DNA from: an uncultured Gemmatimonadota bacterium
Lineage (GTDB): Bacteria; Gemmatimonadota; Gemmatimonadetes; Palauibacterales; Palauibacteraceae
NCBI GenBank assembly: GCA_964480515.1
Contig: CAYZOT010000004.1
Location: 77,020 to 141,019, forward strand
Direction: 5' to 3'
DNA: 64,000 nucleotides
In this document: positions 26,510 through 37,392 of the stretch, in pieces
Layout of the letters: the number at the start of each line of letters is the position of its first letter
How positions within the stretch are numbered: the stretch's first letter is position 1
Position numbers and translations under genes: made by a program
The notes under the pieces: model-generated
Seen by the model: the letters and a program-made list of their open reading frames with translations, nothing else
What the model was told of the DNA's origin: nothing
The model's database searches: none

Positions 26510-27102
26510 ACACTCACTTCCTCTCTCAGTATTTCACCGAGGTTCGTTACGATACGGTGGGTCAAGCCCCAAATGACGTCACCTTGGTATAAAATAGAGG
26601 GCAGTACGAAGTCTTGGCCATTTGTGTGATACTCCACCTCAGAAGCATTAGAGGGGTTGCCTAACTCCGTATAAGGTATCCAGACGTGATACTGAACCTC
26701 ATGGTTCCCGGTGACCTTCACGTCTCCATCAAGCCAAGCCACGAAAGATGAGATAGTAATTGGAGGAAGTTTCCGATTGACTGGATGCATATCGTGGAGT
26801 TGTCCAAGGAAATTGTCGCGCTTAATTTTGACCCCAACCTCCTCGAACGTCTCGCGCCGTGCGGTCTCTATTAAATCGATGTCTGTAGGATCCATGTGGC
26901 CACCGGGTAGTGCCATATGACCTGACCAAGGATCTCCTTCCACTTCAGCACGCCGGACAAAGAGGACATCCACTTCTCCTCCAAGTGATCTCAGAAGAAG
27001 TGTGACGGCCGCACGCCGTTCACCTTTGTTTGGATCAACCAAAAGGGGGTTCGACCGTTCGAGTGCTTTGCGAACACTTTTTGCATCGAGCTCGCTGTTC
27101 AC
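26506..27102 (-). CDS. NUDIX hydrolase (CoA pyrophosphatase-like)
   Basis: Nudix box PGGHMDPTDIDLIETARRETFEEVG. Confidence 0.75.
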   Translation of the reverse strand: MNSELDAKSVRKALERSNPLLVDPNKGERRAAVTLLLRSLGGEVDVLFVRRAEVEGDPWSGHMALPGGHMDPTDIDLIETARRETFEEVGVKIKRDNFLGQLHDMHPVNRKLPPITISSFVAWLDGDVKVTGNHEVQYHVWIPYTELGNPSNASEVEYHTNGQDFVLPSILYQGDVIWGLTHRIVTNLGEILREEVSV

Positions 27103-28022
27103 TGGTTCTCCGATTCGTCCAGGAGTGCGAGGTAACTCTTGTATCGGTGGGTTTCGATATTTCCGTTTTCTACATTCTGATGAACCGCACAGTCAGGTTC
27201 AGAACGGTGTCGACAGTCTGCAAATCGGCAGCCTTGACCTATTACTGCAATTTCTGAGAAACCGCCTGCCACATCGCCTGGATCAACATTCCACAAAGCC
27301 ACGTACTGGAGACCAGGTGTGTCGGCTACATATCCTCCCTGTGGATACGGATACAGTGCGGAAGAGACCGTCGTGTGGCGTCCACGCCCTTTTCGCTTAC
27401 CAATTTTACCGACGCGGAGATCAAGCCCGGGAATCAAAGCATTGAGAAGGCTCGATTTCCCGACCCCAGATTGTCCTGTAAGAACGGTGATGCGTCCCTC
27501 CAGTCGTTTGCTTAGGTCCTCGAGGCCGTCACCCGAGTGAGCGCTTGTCCGAAAAATGTCGAATCCGACCTTTTCGTAAACCTCAATCTCGTGGGAGAAG
27601 GTATCAGACAAGTCGGTCTTATTGACCACAAGACAGCTCTCAATTTCACTTAATGTGGCAAGGGCGAATAGTCGATCGATCATGAATATATCTGGATTTG
27701 GGGACCGGTCGGCAGCCACTACCATCACTTGATCTACGTTGGCCACAATGACCTGTTCTCGGCGTTTAGCAACGCCATGACGTGTGAGAGCACTCTTACG
27801 AGGAAGGAGCTTGGCAATACGCGGTTCGTCGGCAGTGGATTCAAGCTCTACAAGGTCTCCCACAGATACGATTCGGGAGTCTGTCTGCTTAACACGGCCC
27901 CTTAATGAAGCCCGGTGAAGACCGTCGGATGTGTCTACATCGTATATTCCACCCGCAATCTTTAGAACTCGACCCGAGAGGAAGTGGGAAGAAGGAATGG
28001 CGGATTCATCGTCTTTCACCAA
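27099..28022 (-). CDS. rsgA: ribosome small-subunit-dependent GTPase A
   Basis: Circularly permuted GTPase (VVNKTDL then GQSGVGKSSLLNAL) and C-terminal Zn-finger CRFADCRHRSEPDCAV. Confidence 0.8.
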   Translation of the reverse strand: MVKDDESAIPSSHFLSGRVLKIAGGIYDVDTSDGLHRASLRGRVKQTDSRIVSVGDLVELESTADEPRIAKLLPRKSALTRHGVAKRREQVIVANVDQVMVVAADRSPNPDIFMIDRLFALATLSEIESCLVVNKTDLSDTFSHEIEVYEKVGFDIFRTSAHSGDGLEDLSKRLEGRITVLTGQSGVGKSSLLNALIPGLDLRVGKIGKRKGRGRHTTVSSALYPYPQGGYVADTPGLQYVALWNVDPGDVAGGFSEIAVIGQGCRFADCRHRSEPDCAVHQNVENGNIETHRYKSYLALLDESENQ

Positions 28023-28040
28023 AGGTGCACCGATCTACTT

Positions 28041-28532
28041 TTAGGGTGATTCGGCGGGTATCATCTCACCCTCGGTAAGCTCGTCGAGGCAATTCCACCC
28101 GAGCAGCGCACATTTGATTCGGACTGGGAACTTTGAGACTCCCGCCAGTGCGCGCAGATCTCCCAAGTCTGAATCGGACAGCAATGATTCATCGCCATGC
28201 AACAGTTGTGTGAACTTTTTGGATAACTCAAGCACTTCCTCAGGTGTTTTATTCAGTACTCGGCCAGTGAGCATTGACGCGGACGCTTGGCTGATCGAAC
28301 AACCGCGACCTAAAAAACATGCCTCGGCGATTCGCCCGTCCTCCACTCTTAGGAGCAATTCGATAACGTCTCCACAGAGTGGATTGTTCATGGTAATAGC
28401 GTGGGTGGCATCGTCGAGGGCACGTTTGTTTCGAGGTTTACGGTAGTGGTCGAGAATCAACTCCCGGTAAAGCGTGTTTAGTGTAGATGGTATCTTTCGG
28501 TCTACGCGCGCAGGATTCTGTGGATCGGCCAT
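28041..28532 (-). CDS. sufU: SufU/IscU-like Fe-S cluster assembly sulfur-acceptor protein
   Basis: NPLCGD ... GRGCSISQASASM motifs of SufU/NifU-like; directly downstream of sufS. Confidence 0.7.
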   Translation of the reverse strand: MADPQNPARVDRKIPSTLNTLYRELILDHYRKPRNKRALDDATHAITMNNPLCGDVIELLLRVEDGRIAEACFLGRGCSISQASASMLTGRVLNKTPEEVLELSKKFTQLLHGDESLLSDSDLGDLRALAGVSKFPVRIKCALLGWNCLDELTEGEMIPAESP

Positions 28533-28535
28533 GAG

Positions 28536-29840
28536 TCAGGCTATTCCACCGAAGACTTTGGCCGCCATCTGAAGCCCCTCACAAAGTGCATCAACTTCGT
28601 TGTGTGTATTGTAGAGGTAAAAACTGGCACGGGCCGTCGCACTGATGCCAAAATGATCCATAAGCGGTTGGTTACAATGGTGTCCAGCACGGATGGCGAT
28701 TCCGTTTTGATCAAGAATGGTCGATAGGTCGTGGGGGTGAATATCCCCGTATGTAAACGAGAAGACCGACGTGCGTTCTTCTGGTGGACCATAGAGGGTC
28801 AGGCCTTCGACAGCCGTCAATCGTTCTAGTGCGTACTTTTTGAGACTGGCTTCGTGGACAGCAAGGGTGTCCAATCCGACATCGTCTAGGAATCGGACGG
28901 CTTCCCCAAAACCAATGACGCCCGAAATGTTGGGTGTGCCGGCCTCGAACTTGTGGGGAACTTCTGCCCACCTAGAACCTTCGAGCGTAACTTCTGATAT
29001 CATCTCTCCGCCGCTCTGATACGGTGGCATTGTTTCAAACAACTCTCGACGTCCCCACAATGCTCCTACACCGGTTGGGCCGCACATTTTATGGGCACTG
29101 AAGGCGTAGAAGTCGCAGCCCAGTTCTCTCACGTCGAGCTGAAGATGAGGTGCCGCTTGAGCCCCGTCTATGAGAGTCAAAGCTCCAACAGCATGAGCCC
29201 GCTCAACGATGTCGATGACGGGATTTAGCGTACCCATACCGTTCGACACATGTGTAAAAGAAACCAGCTTGGGTCTGCGTTCGAGTAGTCGATCTAGGTC
29301 ATCCATATCGAGACGGCCGTCGACCGTGACATCAACGTAGTTCAGTCGTGCTCCCGTACGTTCGGCAAGGATTTGCCACGGCACAATGTTCGAATGATGC
29401 TCCATCTTCGTGAGGATGATTTCATCCCCTTCTTTTACGAAGGTGTCCCCCCAACTTGAAGCGACAAGGTTGATGGATTCGGTAGTGCCTCGGGTAAACA
29501 CGATCTCGCTCGAATCGGCCGCTCCCACATGAGCTGCAATTGTGTCACGAGTTTCTTCGTACGCGTCGGTCGCCTCGATACTCAACGAGTGGACACCTCG
29601 GTGCACGTTAGCATGCTGTTCTCGCAGATAACGGTCGACCCTCTCAAGGACGCGGAGAGGTCTTTGTGAGCTGGCCGCACTATCGAGGTAGACGAGCGGG
29701 TGTCCGTTAATCTTACGGCGCAGAATCGGGAATTGATCGCGAATCGCCTGAAAATCTGGGTTGGTCGATTTGTTGAGTGTCTCTTCAATAGCTTGGCTAT
29801 CGCTGACAGAGCTCCGATTTTCCGATTGCTTGGTTTCCAT
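28536..29840 (-). CDS. sufS: cysteine desulfurase SufS (class V aminotransferase)
   Basis: HHSNIVPWQ, SAHKMCGPTG (PLP Lys), C-terminal RAGHHC active-site Cys loop. Confidence 0.85.
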   Translation of the reverse strand: METKQSENRSSVSDSQAIEETLNKSTNPDFQAIRDQFPILRRKINGHPLVYLDSAASSQRPLRVLERVDRYLREQHANVHRGVHSLSIEATDAYEETRDTIAAHVGAADSSEIVFTRGTTESINLVASSWGDTFVKEGDEIILTKMEHHSNIVPWQILAERTGARLNYVDVTVDGRLDMDDLDRLLERRPKLVSFTHVSNGMGTLNPVIDIVERAHAVGALTLIDGAQAAPHLQLDVRELGCDFYAFSAHKMCGPTGVGALWGRRELFETMPPYQSGGEMISEVTLEGSRWAEVPHKFEAGTPNISGVIGFGEAVRFLDDVGLDTLAVHEASLKKYALERLTAVEGLTLYGPPEERTSVFSFTYGDIHPHDLSTILDQNGIAIRAGHHCNQPLMDHFGISATARASFYLYNTHNEVDALCEGLQMAAKVFGGIA

Positions 29841-29897
29841 CGCTACACTGGATCGAATTAGACTAGTTTCTTAAGTCGGCTCTTGGTGCGTTGCAGG

Positions 29898-30218
29898 CTA
29901 AGCCGCTTCAGTGAGGTTGACCTTGATGTCATCCCCTTCGACCTGCACCTCGAACGTTCTAACCGGCGATACCGCGGGTAAAGCCCGAGGAACCCCCGTC
30001 TCAATGTCGAATCGGGCTCCGTGGAGCGAACAGGTAATCTCACACCCGACCAGGTCTCCTGCCGACAGAGGGAACTCTTCATGCGAGCAACTGTCCTCGA
30101 GCGCGTATATTACGCCATCGCAATTGATAAGAACGATAGCAACGCCGTCCACTATCAAACCCTTTAGGTCATTCTTGGGCAGATCGTCTAATTTCGCGAC
30201 AGTAACAAATCCGCTCAT
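29898..30218 (-). CDS. Rieske [2Fe-2S] ferredoxin-like protein embedded in the suf operon
   Basis: CSHEEFPL ... CSLHGARFD Rieske boxes; 106 aa. Confidence 0.75.
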   Translation of the reverse strand: MSGFVTVAKLDDLPKNDLKGLIVDGVAIVLINCDGVIYALEDSCSHEEFPLSAGDLVGCEITCSLHGARFDIETGVPRALPAVSPVRTFEVQVEGDDIKVNLTEAA

Positions 30219-31642
30219 AGGCCGATTTTCTCTTCGATAGCCACTCGTACCCGCTCACGAACTCCGGCCATCGGTAGGCGACCCAGAACCTCATCGAAGA
30301 AACCGAATACCAGTAGACGTTCTGCCTGCCGTTGTGTAAGGCCTCGACTCATAAGATAGAAAAGTTGTGTGTTGTCCACTTGTCCGATTGTCGCTCCATG
30401 TGAGCAGCGGACATCATCAGCTTCGATCTCGAGGTTCGGAAGTGCTGTAGCATGGGACCCTTTGCTCAACAGTAGGTTTCGGTTGGTCTGATAGGCGTCC
30501 GTGAGCTGAGCTCCCACGTCGACCTTAATCAGGCCGCGAAACACACTTGTTGCCTTGTCAGTGAGCGCGCCTTTAAATAACAGGTCGCTGTGTGCGTGTG
30601 GTGCTTTGTGATGTTGAAGGGTGTGATGATCGAAATGTTGCTGGGCGTCACCGAACCAGAGTGCAAGCATCTCACTATCACTGCCTTGACCCAGGAGTCG
30701 GCTTGTCACATCTGTGCGCGATAAGTCCGCACCCAGTCCTACATTAAAGGTGATAACTTTCGCATTGTGGTGGGCCACGGTGTGTTGGGTGGAAAAGTGG
30801 GCAACCCCTCCCCCGTATTGCTGTACCGTAACGTATTCGATGCCTGCGCTATCCTTGCAATGGACGCTTGCTCCGTGCAGCGATACGGTTCGTTCATCAA
30901 GGTCCTCGGATATGAACTCCTCTATCACTGCCGCGCGTGCGCCTCTTTCCATCACAATCAATGAATGTGTCGAGGTGAGCATGCCAGGAGTTTTGAGGGT
31001 GTTGAATGTGTGAATTGGTTCAGGCAGTTCCACATCCTGGGGCACATGCAGTAGATACCCACCACTCAATATTGCAAGATGGAGGGTCCACAGTTTCTCT
31101 TCCGCCGTGCTTGGTCTCGTCTCAAACAGTGCTTTCTGAAGCAGTTCAGGATGATTTTCGGCGGCTTTAGCGAGAGAGCACAGGATAACGCCTGCATCGG
31201 CAAGCGCTTGGTCAAGCTCAACGTGCACCACGCGGCCGTCTTGACATACGACCACCCCCGCTCGGTCCCCTGACTGGGACAAGATTTCTCGAACGTCAGC
31301 TGGCAGCTCCTCATCAATATCTTCTAACTGTATTGCCGGAATCAGCAGCTCGAAATCAATCGTTGAAATGTCTGTATACCGCCACTCTTCCACCTTACGG
31401 GTGGGGAAGGGCAATTCCGAATATCGCTTCCAGGCTGTCTCCCGAGCAGAAGTGAGCGAAGAAGGTTCGGTGAGCTCACTAGCGAACTGCTCAAAGTTCC
31501 ATTTAGGTAAGACAGCGTCGGTTCTCGCCGCCGCCGTTGCATTGTTCAAGACTTCTGGTCTCCCTCTATTCCGTGGAGTGGTACGCTGTTTAGTTGTAAG
31601 GTTCCGAAGATCAGCCGACGGACCCTTCCATTTCGAGTTCAA
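30215..31642 (-). CDS. sufD: Fe-S cluster assembly protein SufD (start codon uncertain)
   Basis: SufB/D-family C-terminal beta-helix region; position between sufB and sufS. Confidence 0.7.
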   Translation of the reverse strand: MNSKWKGPSADLRNLTTKQRTTPRNRGRPEVLNNATAAARTDAVLPKWNFEQFASELTEPSSLTSARETAWKRYSELPFPTRKVEEWRYTDISTIDFELLIPAIQLEDIDEELPADVREILSQSGDRAGVVVCQDGRVVHVELDQALADAGVILCSLAKAAENHPELLQKALFETRPSTAEEKLWTLHLAILSGGYLLHVPQDVELPEPIHTFNTLKTPGMLTSTHSLIVMERGARAAVIEEFISEDLDERTVSLHGASVHCKDSAGIEYVTVQQYGGGVAHFSTQHTVAHHNAKVITFNVGLGADLSRTDVTSRLLGQGSDSEMLALWFGDAQQHFDHHTLQHHKAPHAHSDLLFKGALTDKATSVFRGLIKVDVGAQLTDAYQTNRNLLLSKGSHATALPNLEIEADDVRCSHGATIGQVDNTQLFYLMSRGLTQRQAERLLVFGFFDEVLGRLPMAGVRERVRVAIEEKIGL

Positions 31643-33026
31643 TCAACCGATTCAGTTCGATCGCGTACTCAAGGGGCAACTCTTTGGCGACCGGTTCGAT
31701 AAATCCGCGTACGATCATCGCCATCGCCTCCGCTTGATCAAGTCCCCGACTCATGAGATAGAAAATCTGCTCGTCGCCAACCTTCGATACTGTGGCTTCA
31801 TGCCCAATGGAGGCTGTGTTTTCATCAATTTCGATGTACGGGTAAGTATCTGTTCGTGATGTCGCATCGAGCAGAAGCGCATCACATTCGACGTTTGATT
31901 TCGCATCTAATGCGCCATCATAGACTTTGCATAGGCCGCGGTACGACGCTCGACCCTCACCCCTTGAGATCGACTTTGAAGTGATCTGTGATGTCGTGTG
32001 AGGAGCCGCATGAACCACCTTTCCTCCGGTGTCTTGGTGTTGGCCATCCCCCGCGTATGCGATCGATAGAATCTCGCCGTGGGCGCCCTCTCCCACGAGA
32101 TAGCATGATGGGTACTTCATTGTGAGTTTCGAACCGAGGTTTCCATCAAGCCATTCCATTTTTGCATCTTCGTGAACTATGGCCCGTTGCGTGACCAGGT
32201 TGTACATGTTGTTCGACCAGTTTTGGATAGTTGTGTACCGGAAATTCCCCCCCTTTTTGACGATGATCTCAATTACACCTGAGTGAAATGATTCCGTCGT
32301 ATAAACGGGAGCTGTGCACCCTTCTACATAGTGTGCATCTGCTCCCTCATCCACGATTATTAACGTTCTCTCAAACTGGCCCATGCGCTCGGAGTTGACA
32401 CGGAAGTACGCTTGGAGTGGTATTTCGACCTTGACCCCTTTCGGGATATAGACAAATGAACCTCCGGACCACACAGCTGAATTAAGTGCTGCGAATTTGT
32501 TGTCAGCTTGTGGAATGACCGTGGCGAAATACTGCTTAAACAGGTCGGGGTGGTTTCGGAGACCATCTTCAATTGAATCAAAGATCACTCCTTGTTCTTC
32601 CCACTGTTCCTTGAGGGAGTGATAAACCATTTCGGACTCGTATTGTGCTCCAACCCCTGCCAGTGCTTTCCGCTCTGCTTCCGGGATCCCAAGCTTATCA
32701 AACGTATCTTTGATTTCCTGTGGAACATCATCCCAAGAACGCTCCATCTTGTCCTGTGGTTTGAGGTAGAAATAAATCTCATCAAGTGTTGCTTCGAGTG
32801 TTGAGAGATCACCGCCCCACTTAGGCATAGGCTTCGATTTGTAGATTTCGTAGGCCTTCAGCCGGAATTCAAGCATCCACTCTGGTTCCTCTTTATGAGC
32901 AGAAATTTGTCGCACAATTTCCTCGGATAGGCCCGGGACGGCTCGGAAGACTGGCTTGTCGTCAGTGACAAAATCGTACTTGTACTCGTCGAGTCCGAGT
33001 TCTTTAATGGTTTCGTTCTGGGGCAT
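31611..33026 (-). CDS. sufB: Fe-S cluster assembly protein SufB
   Basis: Highly conserved SufB pattern throughout (e.g. [20 protein letters not shown]). Confidence 0.85.
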   Translation of the reverse strand: MPQNETIKELGLDEYKYDFVTDDKPVFRAVPGLSEEIVRQISAHKEEPEWMLEFRLKAYEIYKSKPMPKWGGDLSTLEATLDEIYFYLKPQDKMERSWDDVPQEIKDTFDKLGIPEAERKALAGVGAQYESEMVYHSLKEQWEEQGVIFDSIEDGLRNHPDLFKQYFATVIPQADNKFAALNSAVWSGGSFVYIPKGVKVEIPLQAYFRVNSERMGQFERTLIIVDEGADAHYVEGCTAPVYTTESFHSGVIEIIVKKGGNFRYTTIQNWSNNMYNLVTQRAIVHEDAKMEWLDGNLGSKLTMKYPSCYLVGEGAHGEILSIAYAGDGQHQDTGGKVVHAAPHTTSQITSKSISRGEGRASYRGLCKVYDGALDAKSNVECDALLLDATSRTDTYPYIEIDENTASIGHEATVSKVGDEQIFYLMSRGLDQAEAMAMIVRGFIEPVAKELPLEYAIELNRLIELEMEGSVG

Positions 33027-33095
33027 CTTACTCTTCTCTTTCCTGAGGTTGCCTGAAATTTATTTGGCTCCAGCCTACGGCTGGTTTTAATTGGT

Positions 33096-33869
33096 TCAAA
33101 CCGTGGCTGCTGCCTGATGCAACCAGTCATACCCTTTGGCTTCGAGCTTGTTGGCGAGTTCGGGGCCGGCACTCTCGACGATTCTCCCTCCGATCATCAC
33201 ATGTACGTGATCGGCTTTGATGTAGGTGAGGATTCGTTGATAGTGGGTTATTAGCAGCACTCCCAAAGCTGCATCCTCTGATGACAGGGTGTTCACACCG
33301 TTTGCCACAATCTTGAGTGCATCGATGTCGAGGCCGCTGTCAGTTTCATCGAGAACTGCGAGGGCTGGTTCTAGAACCGCCATTTGGAGGATTTCATTTC
33401 TTTTTTTCTCGCCCCCCGAAAACCCGTCGTTCAAATACCGACTTGCAAAGCCTTCGTCCACCTTGAGCAGTTCCATCTTTGCAGTTAGCCGTTCGTGGAA
33501 CGCGAAGATATCCATTTCATCCTCGTCAGCGACGCGAGCGTTCATCGCTGTTCGGAGGAAATTGGCAATCGAAACCCCTGGTACCTCGGCCGGATACTGA
33601 AAAGCAAGAAAAACGCCAGACCGGCTCCTCTCATCTGGTTCAAGGTCAAGGAGATCCTCACCATTCAGTAAGATCTCACCTTTTGTAACCTCATATCCCG
33701 GGTGCCCTGCAATGATCTTCGCGAGAGTACTTTTTCCCGATCCGTTCGGACCCATCAACGCGTGGACTTGGCCGTGTCCCACGGTTAGGTCTACACCGTT
33801 AAGAATTTCAAGATCTTCACCGACCACTTTGGCGTGGAGGTCTTGGATAACCAGGAGTGGAGCTGACAT
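33096..33869 (-). CDS. sufC: Fe-S cluster assembly ATPase SufC
   Basis: Walker A GPNGSGKST, ABC signature LNDGFSGGEKKR, Walker B LAVLDETDSGLD. Confidence 0.9.
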   Translation of the reverse strand: MSAPLLVIQDLHAKVVGEDLEILNGVDLTVGHGQVHALMGPNGSGKSTLAKIIAGHPGYEVTKGEILLNGEDLLDLEPDERSRSGVFLAFQYPAEVPGVSIANFLRTAMNARVADEDEMDIFAFHERLTAKMELLKVDEGFASRYLNDGFSGGEKKRNEILQMAVLEPALAVLDETDSGLDIDALKIVANGVNTLSSEDAALGVLLITHYQRILTYIKADHVHVMIGGRIVESAGPELANKLEAKGYDWLHQAAATV

Positions 33870-34117
33870 TGAGAGTCCTCTTATTTAGCAAAGGCCGGTC
33901 ACCGCGAGGTTGCCGGCCTGGAGATGTACGCAGGGTTCTGTGAAGAAACAGATTACCATTTCCACATGCCACGATACTATAGTTGAGATCGGCTTTCAAC
34001 TCTAGATGAGACTTGGTATCATCTAGGTTTAATGTGATGAGCCAGTGGTTACCCAATAGTTATGGAAAAAACGGATCAGAGTATGCACACACTACAAGTC
34101 GGTCATACGTTTCAGTT

Positions 34118-35146
34118 ATGAAAGCTGCGTTTTTCAACGATCATGGTGGCCCCGAAGTTATCCAGGTGGGTGAGTGCCCGAATCCGGAGCCGGGGGAGAG
34201 AGAAGTTCGAGTAGAGGTTAAGGCGGCTTCCCTTAATCACCTCGACCTCTGGGTGCGTCGAGGTCTCCCAGGGCTCAAACTTGAAATGCCTCATATCGGG
34301 GGCTCCGATATGGCGGGCGTCATCGATGCGGTGGGACCCGAGGTGACCGGGTGGCAGCCTGGGGATCGAGTCGCGGTAAACCCCGGCGTGTGGTGCGGAA
34401 CCTGTGAGTGGTGCAAACGGGGACAGCATCCACTGTGTGTCTCATACCGGATATTGGGTGAACATGTGGCCGGAGGTTTCGCGGAATTGGCGGTGGTGCC
34501 GGTCACAAGCCTCTATCAGATACCGGAAGAATTCCCATTTGAAAAAGCGGCGGCAGCAGCTCTCGTGTACCAGACGGCATGGCGTGGGCTGGTTACCCAA
34601 GGAGGCCTCCAGCCAGGAGAAACCGTACTAGTTACGGGAGCCTCGGGGGGAGTGTCGACTGCTGCGATTCAGATCTCGAAACATTTTGGGGCTCGGGTTT
34701 TTGCGGTTACGAGCGGCCCGAAAAATGTGGAGCGTGTTCAACAGCTTGGGGCAGATCTGGTAATCGACCGTTTGGAAGAGGATTTTTCGAAACGTGTGTG
34801 GAAAGAAACGAGTAAGCGTGGAGTTGACCTGGTACTCGATAGTGTAGGTGAGGCCACGTGGGAAAACTGCATAAGGGCGCTATCACGTCTCGGACGCATG
34901 GTGGTGTACGGAGCTACGACCGGGCCTGGAGGCCGCGTAAACATCGCCAGATTGTTCTGGAGCCAAACAAAAATCATGGGCTCCACTATGGCAACACAAT
35001 CGGAGTTTGAGCGAGTTATGGACCTTGTGGTTCGGGGAGAACTTCAGCCTGTGATCGATGCGGTTTGGCCTCTGGAACAGGTGCAAGAGGCGCATGAGCG
35101 TCTAGAGGCAGGTGGAGTATTCGGAAAGCTCGTCATCGCACCATGA
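34118..35146 (+). CDS. zinc-dependent medium-chain alcohol dehydrogenase/oxidoreductase
   Basis: GVWCGTCEWCKRGQHPLC structural-zinc motif, GASGGVS Rossmann motif; start set at MKAAFF... Confidence 0.75.
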   Translation: MKAAFFNDHGGPEVIQVGECPNPEPGEREVRVEVKAASLNHLDLWVRRGLPGLKLEMPHIGGSDMAGVIDAVGPEVTGWQPGDRVAVNPGVWCGTCEWCKRGQHPLCVSYRILGEHVAGGFAELAVVPVTSLYQIPEEFPFEKAAAAALVYQTAWRGLVTQGGLQPGETVLVTGASGGVSTAAIQISKHFGARVFAVTSGPKNVERVQQLGADLVIDRLEEDFSKRVWKETSKRGVDLVLDSVGEATWENCIRALSRLGRMVVYGATTGPGGRVNIARLFWSQTKIMGSTMATQSEFERVMDLVVRGELQPVIDAVWPLEQVQEAHERLEAGGVFGKLVIAP

Positions 35147-36842
35147 CGTGAAGCGCCGTAACACGCCTCCCTATGGGACCCCGCTCGCGCGTGTCAAGCA
35201 GCTTGAGGGGTTAGCATCTGGAGATTTTGACGTTTTGGTCATAGGTGGTGGTATCTCCGGTGCCGCCGTGGCACGGGATGCCGCGCGCCGCGGATTCCGA
35301 ACTGCTCTCATCGAAGCTGTTGATTTCGCATACGGAACTAGTAGTCGCTCATCCCGGCTCGTACATGGAGGACTCCGTTACCTTGAGAACTTCGAGTTCG
35401 ACTTGGTATTTGAAGCGAGCCAAGAGCGACGAACCCTGCTCCGAATCGCACCACACTTGGTTCGTCCCTTGGAATTTACGTTCCCCATCTTTGAAGACGG
35501 TCGTGTGGGTAAGCGCAAGCTCGACGCTGGCATGTGGCTCTATGATGCACTGTCGTTCTTCCGCAACATCGAACGGCACCAGATGTTTGAGCCGAAGGAA
35601 TTAATAGAACGTGAACCGGGTATCCGGAGCAAAGGACTTTTGGGGGGTGCGCGGTACTTTGATGCCCAAGTTGATGATGCGCGACTCGTTATGATGACTG
35701 TGATAGCCGCTCTGGAGTCCGGTGCTATTGTCACAAACCGAGCGGAAGTATGTGCGATCGACTCTTCGGACTGGCCCGGCCACCGAGTAGTGGTCGCAGA
35801 TCGCGAAGGCGAAGGAAAGTTTGATGTCGATACCTTAGCAATCGTGAACGCGACCGGTGCGTGGGCCGAGCAAACTCTGATACGTGCAGAAGCTAAACCG
35901 ACCGTTCGTATTGCCCCGTCTCGCGGTACCCATATTCATGTGAAACGTGATCGAGTTGGTCACGATGGCGCGTTCATCTTTGAGGCTCCTCAAGACGGTC
36001 GCATCATGTTTGTCCTTCCATGGCGTGAGGACCTGACGCTTATCGGGACCACTGATGAATTCTATGACGGAAAACCTGAGGACGTAGCTGCTACGCCAAC
36101 GGAGATCGCTTACCTGCTTGAGGCAACTAATCGACTTTTTCCTGAAGCGAAACTTCGATCTGAGGACATCCTCAGCGCTTGGGCCGGTTTGCGCCCGCTT
36201 GTCCAACCGGAGGAAGGCTTTTCTGAAGCCGGTGCCGTGTCACGGGAGTTTGAAATACGCGAAGGGCCGACTGGGGTATTCACGCTTAGTGGTGGTAAGT
36301 TGACGTCACACCGACACATGGCAGAAAAAACGGTCGATCGCCTACAACAGTTTCTTGGTCGCGCCGGCGTCTCGCCTACCCACAAGGTCGACACCGCGAA
36401 GACTCCTTTGCCGGGAGGGACGTTCGATACGCTGGATGCTCTTCGTACCGATGTCCGAGCTCGTGCTGATGCTTATGGCGTTGGGCGGGTAAGTGCGGAC
36501 CGCCTAACTCGAGCATATGGGACTCGAGCATATCGGGTGCTCGAACTCGTGAAACGTCGTCCTGAATTTCGCCGCCCAATCCTGGAAGACAGACCGCATA
36601 TTTTGGCTGAAGCGCTATACGCAGTTCAAAATGAATTTGCTCTCCATGTTGAGGATGTGTTGTACCGACGAACTCGGATTGGCCTCGAGACAAGAGATAA
36701 AACAGCGGTCGCAGCCCAACGCATAGCTAATGTGATGGGGACAGAGCTTGGGTGGTCCTCGGGCAAGATCGTCCAGGAAATAGAGGATGCGGTTGAAGTG
36801 AGAGCGCCTGACGATGCTGCCATAGCTCAGGTGATGGTATGA
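35112..36842 (+). CDS. FAD-dependent glycerol-3-phosphate dehydrogenase (GlpD/GlpA family); start uncertain
   Basis: FDVLVIGGGISGAAVARDAARRG ... SRLVHGGLRYLE N-terminal FAD motifs; C-terminal alpha-helical domain. Confidence 0.75.
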   Translation: MEYSESSSSHHDVKRRNTPPYGTPLARVKQLEGLASGDFDVLVIGGGISGAAVARDAARRGFRTALIEAVDFAYGTSSRSSRLVHGGLRYLENFEFDLVFEASQERRTLLRIAPHLVRPLEFTFPIFEDGRVGKRKLDAGMWLYDALSFFRNIERHQMFEPKELIEREPGIRSKGLLGGARYFDAQVDDARLVMMTVIAALESGAIVTNRAEVCAIDSSDWPGHRVVVADREGEGKFDVDTLAIVNATGAWAEQTLIRAEAKPTVRIAPSRGTHIHVKRDRVGHDGAFIFEAPQDGRIMFVLPWREDLTLIGTTDEFYDGKPEDVAATPTEIAYLLEATNRLFPEAKLRSEDILSAWAGLRPLVQPEEGFSEAGAVSREFEIREGPTGVFTLSGGKLTSHRHMAEKTVDRLQQFLGRAGVSPTHKVDTAKTPLPGGTFDTLDALRTDVRARADAYGVGRVSADRLTRAYGTRAYRVLELVKRRPEFRRPILEDRPHILAEALYAVQNEFALHVEDVLYRRTRIGLETRDKTAVAAQRIANVMGTELGWSSGKIVQEIEDAVEVRAPDDAAIAQVMV

Positions 36843-37282
36843 CAATCGATACCAAGGTTAAGGTGGGGATTTCGCTGTGTCCTCTGCTGGTTGTGTTCGT
36901 TTTAGCATGCGCGGACGATAATGACATGACACCGGACCAGACTGTGGCACCGAAAATGATGGACACTCCCTCCGATAGCATCAACCCTCTGTCTGATCCG
37001 CCTATTCCCTCAGTTTCAACTGTGTTTGGCGAAGGTGACCTGCGCACCTATCACTTGCTCCTTGTGAACACACGTGAGGTCGAAGCACATGTCTTTGCTC
37101 AAGCCGGGGCCGCTCGTGTGATGCTGGACACCGTACCTGCGCTCGACTCCGTTCGCCTCGATATACGCCTGCGTGCCACCCGTGTGAATTTAGAAGCGGA
37201 AGACGCAATTGGCCGACTGTTATATTCCGACTTGCTAGAGTTGCGAGTCGAATCAGCAAATCGATGGGTAATATCGCCGTAG
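36839..37282 (+). CDS. hypothetical lipoprotein
   Basis: Signal peptide with lipobox-like LAC. Confidence 0.4.
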   Translation: MTIDTKVKVGISLCPLLVVFVLACADDNDMTPDQTVAPKMMDTPSDSINPLSDPPIPSVSTVFGEGDLRTYHLLLVNTREVEAHVFAQAGAARVMLDTVPALDSVRLDIRLRATRVNLEAEDAIGRLLYSDLLELRVESANRWVISP

Positions 37283-37392
37283 GTTTTGGATCTGTGTGGT
37301 TCACAGTTTGCAATTCGCTGGCTTGTACCGTGGAAAGCTGCGAGATATCGTCGTTCGTGATAAAAAGGGCCCGATGCTCATGGAGGTAGACG

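Noticed and set aside
26353-26592. Plus-strand ORF 26353..26592 (79 aa) overlapping the OsmC-like and NUDIX genes
   Set aside because: It is antisense to two well-supported minus-strand genes and has no recognisable features. Spurious.
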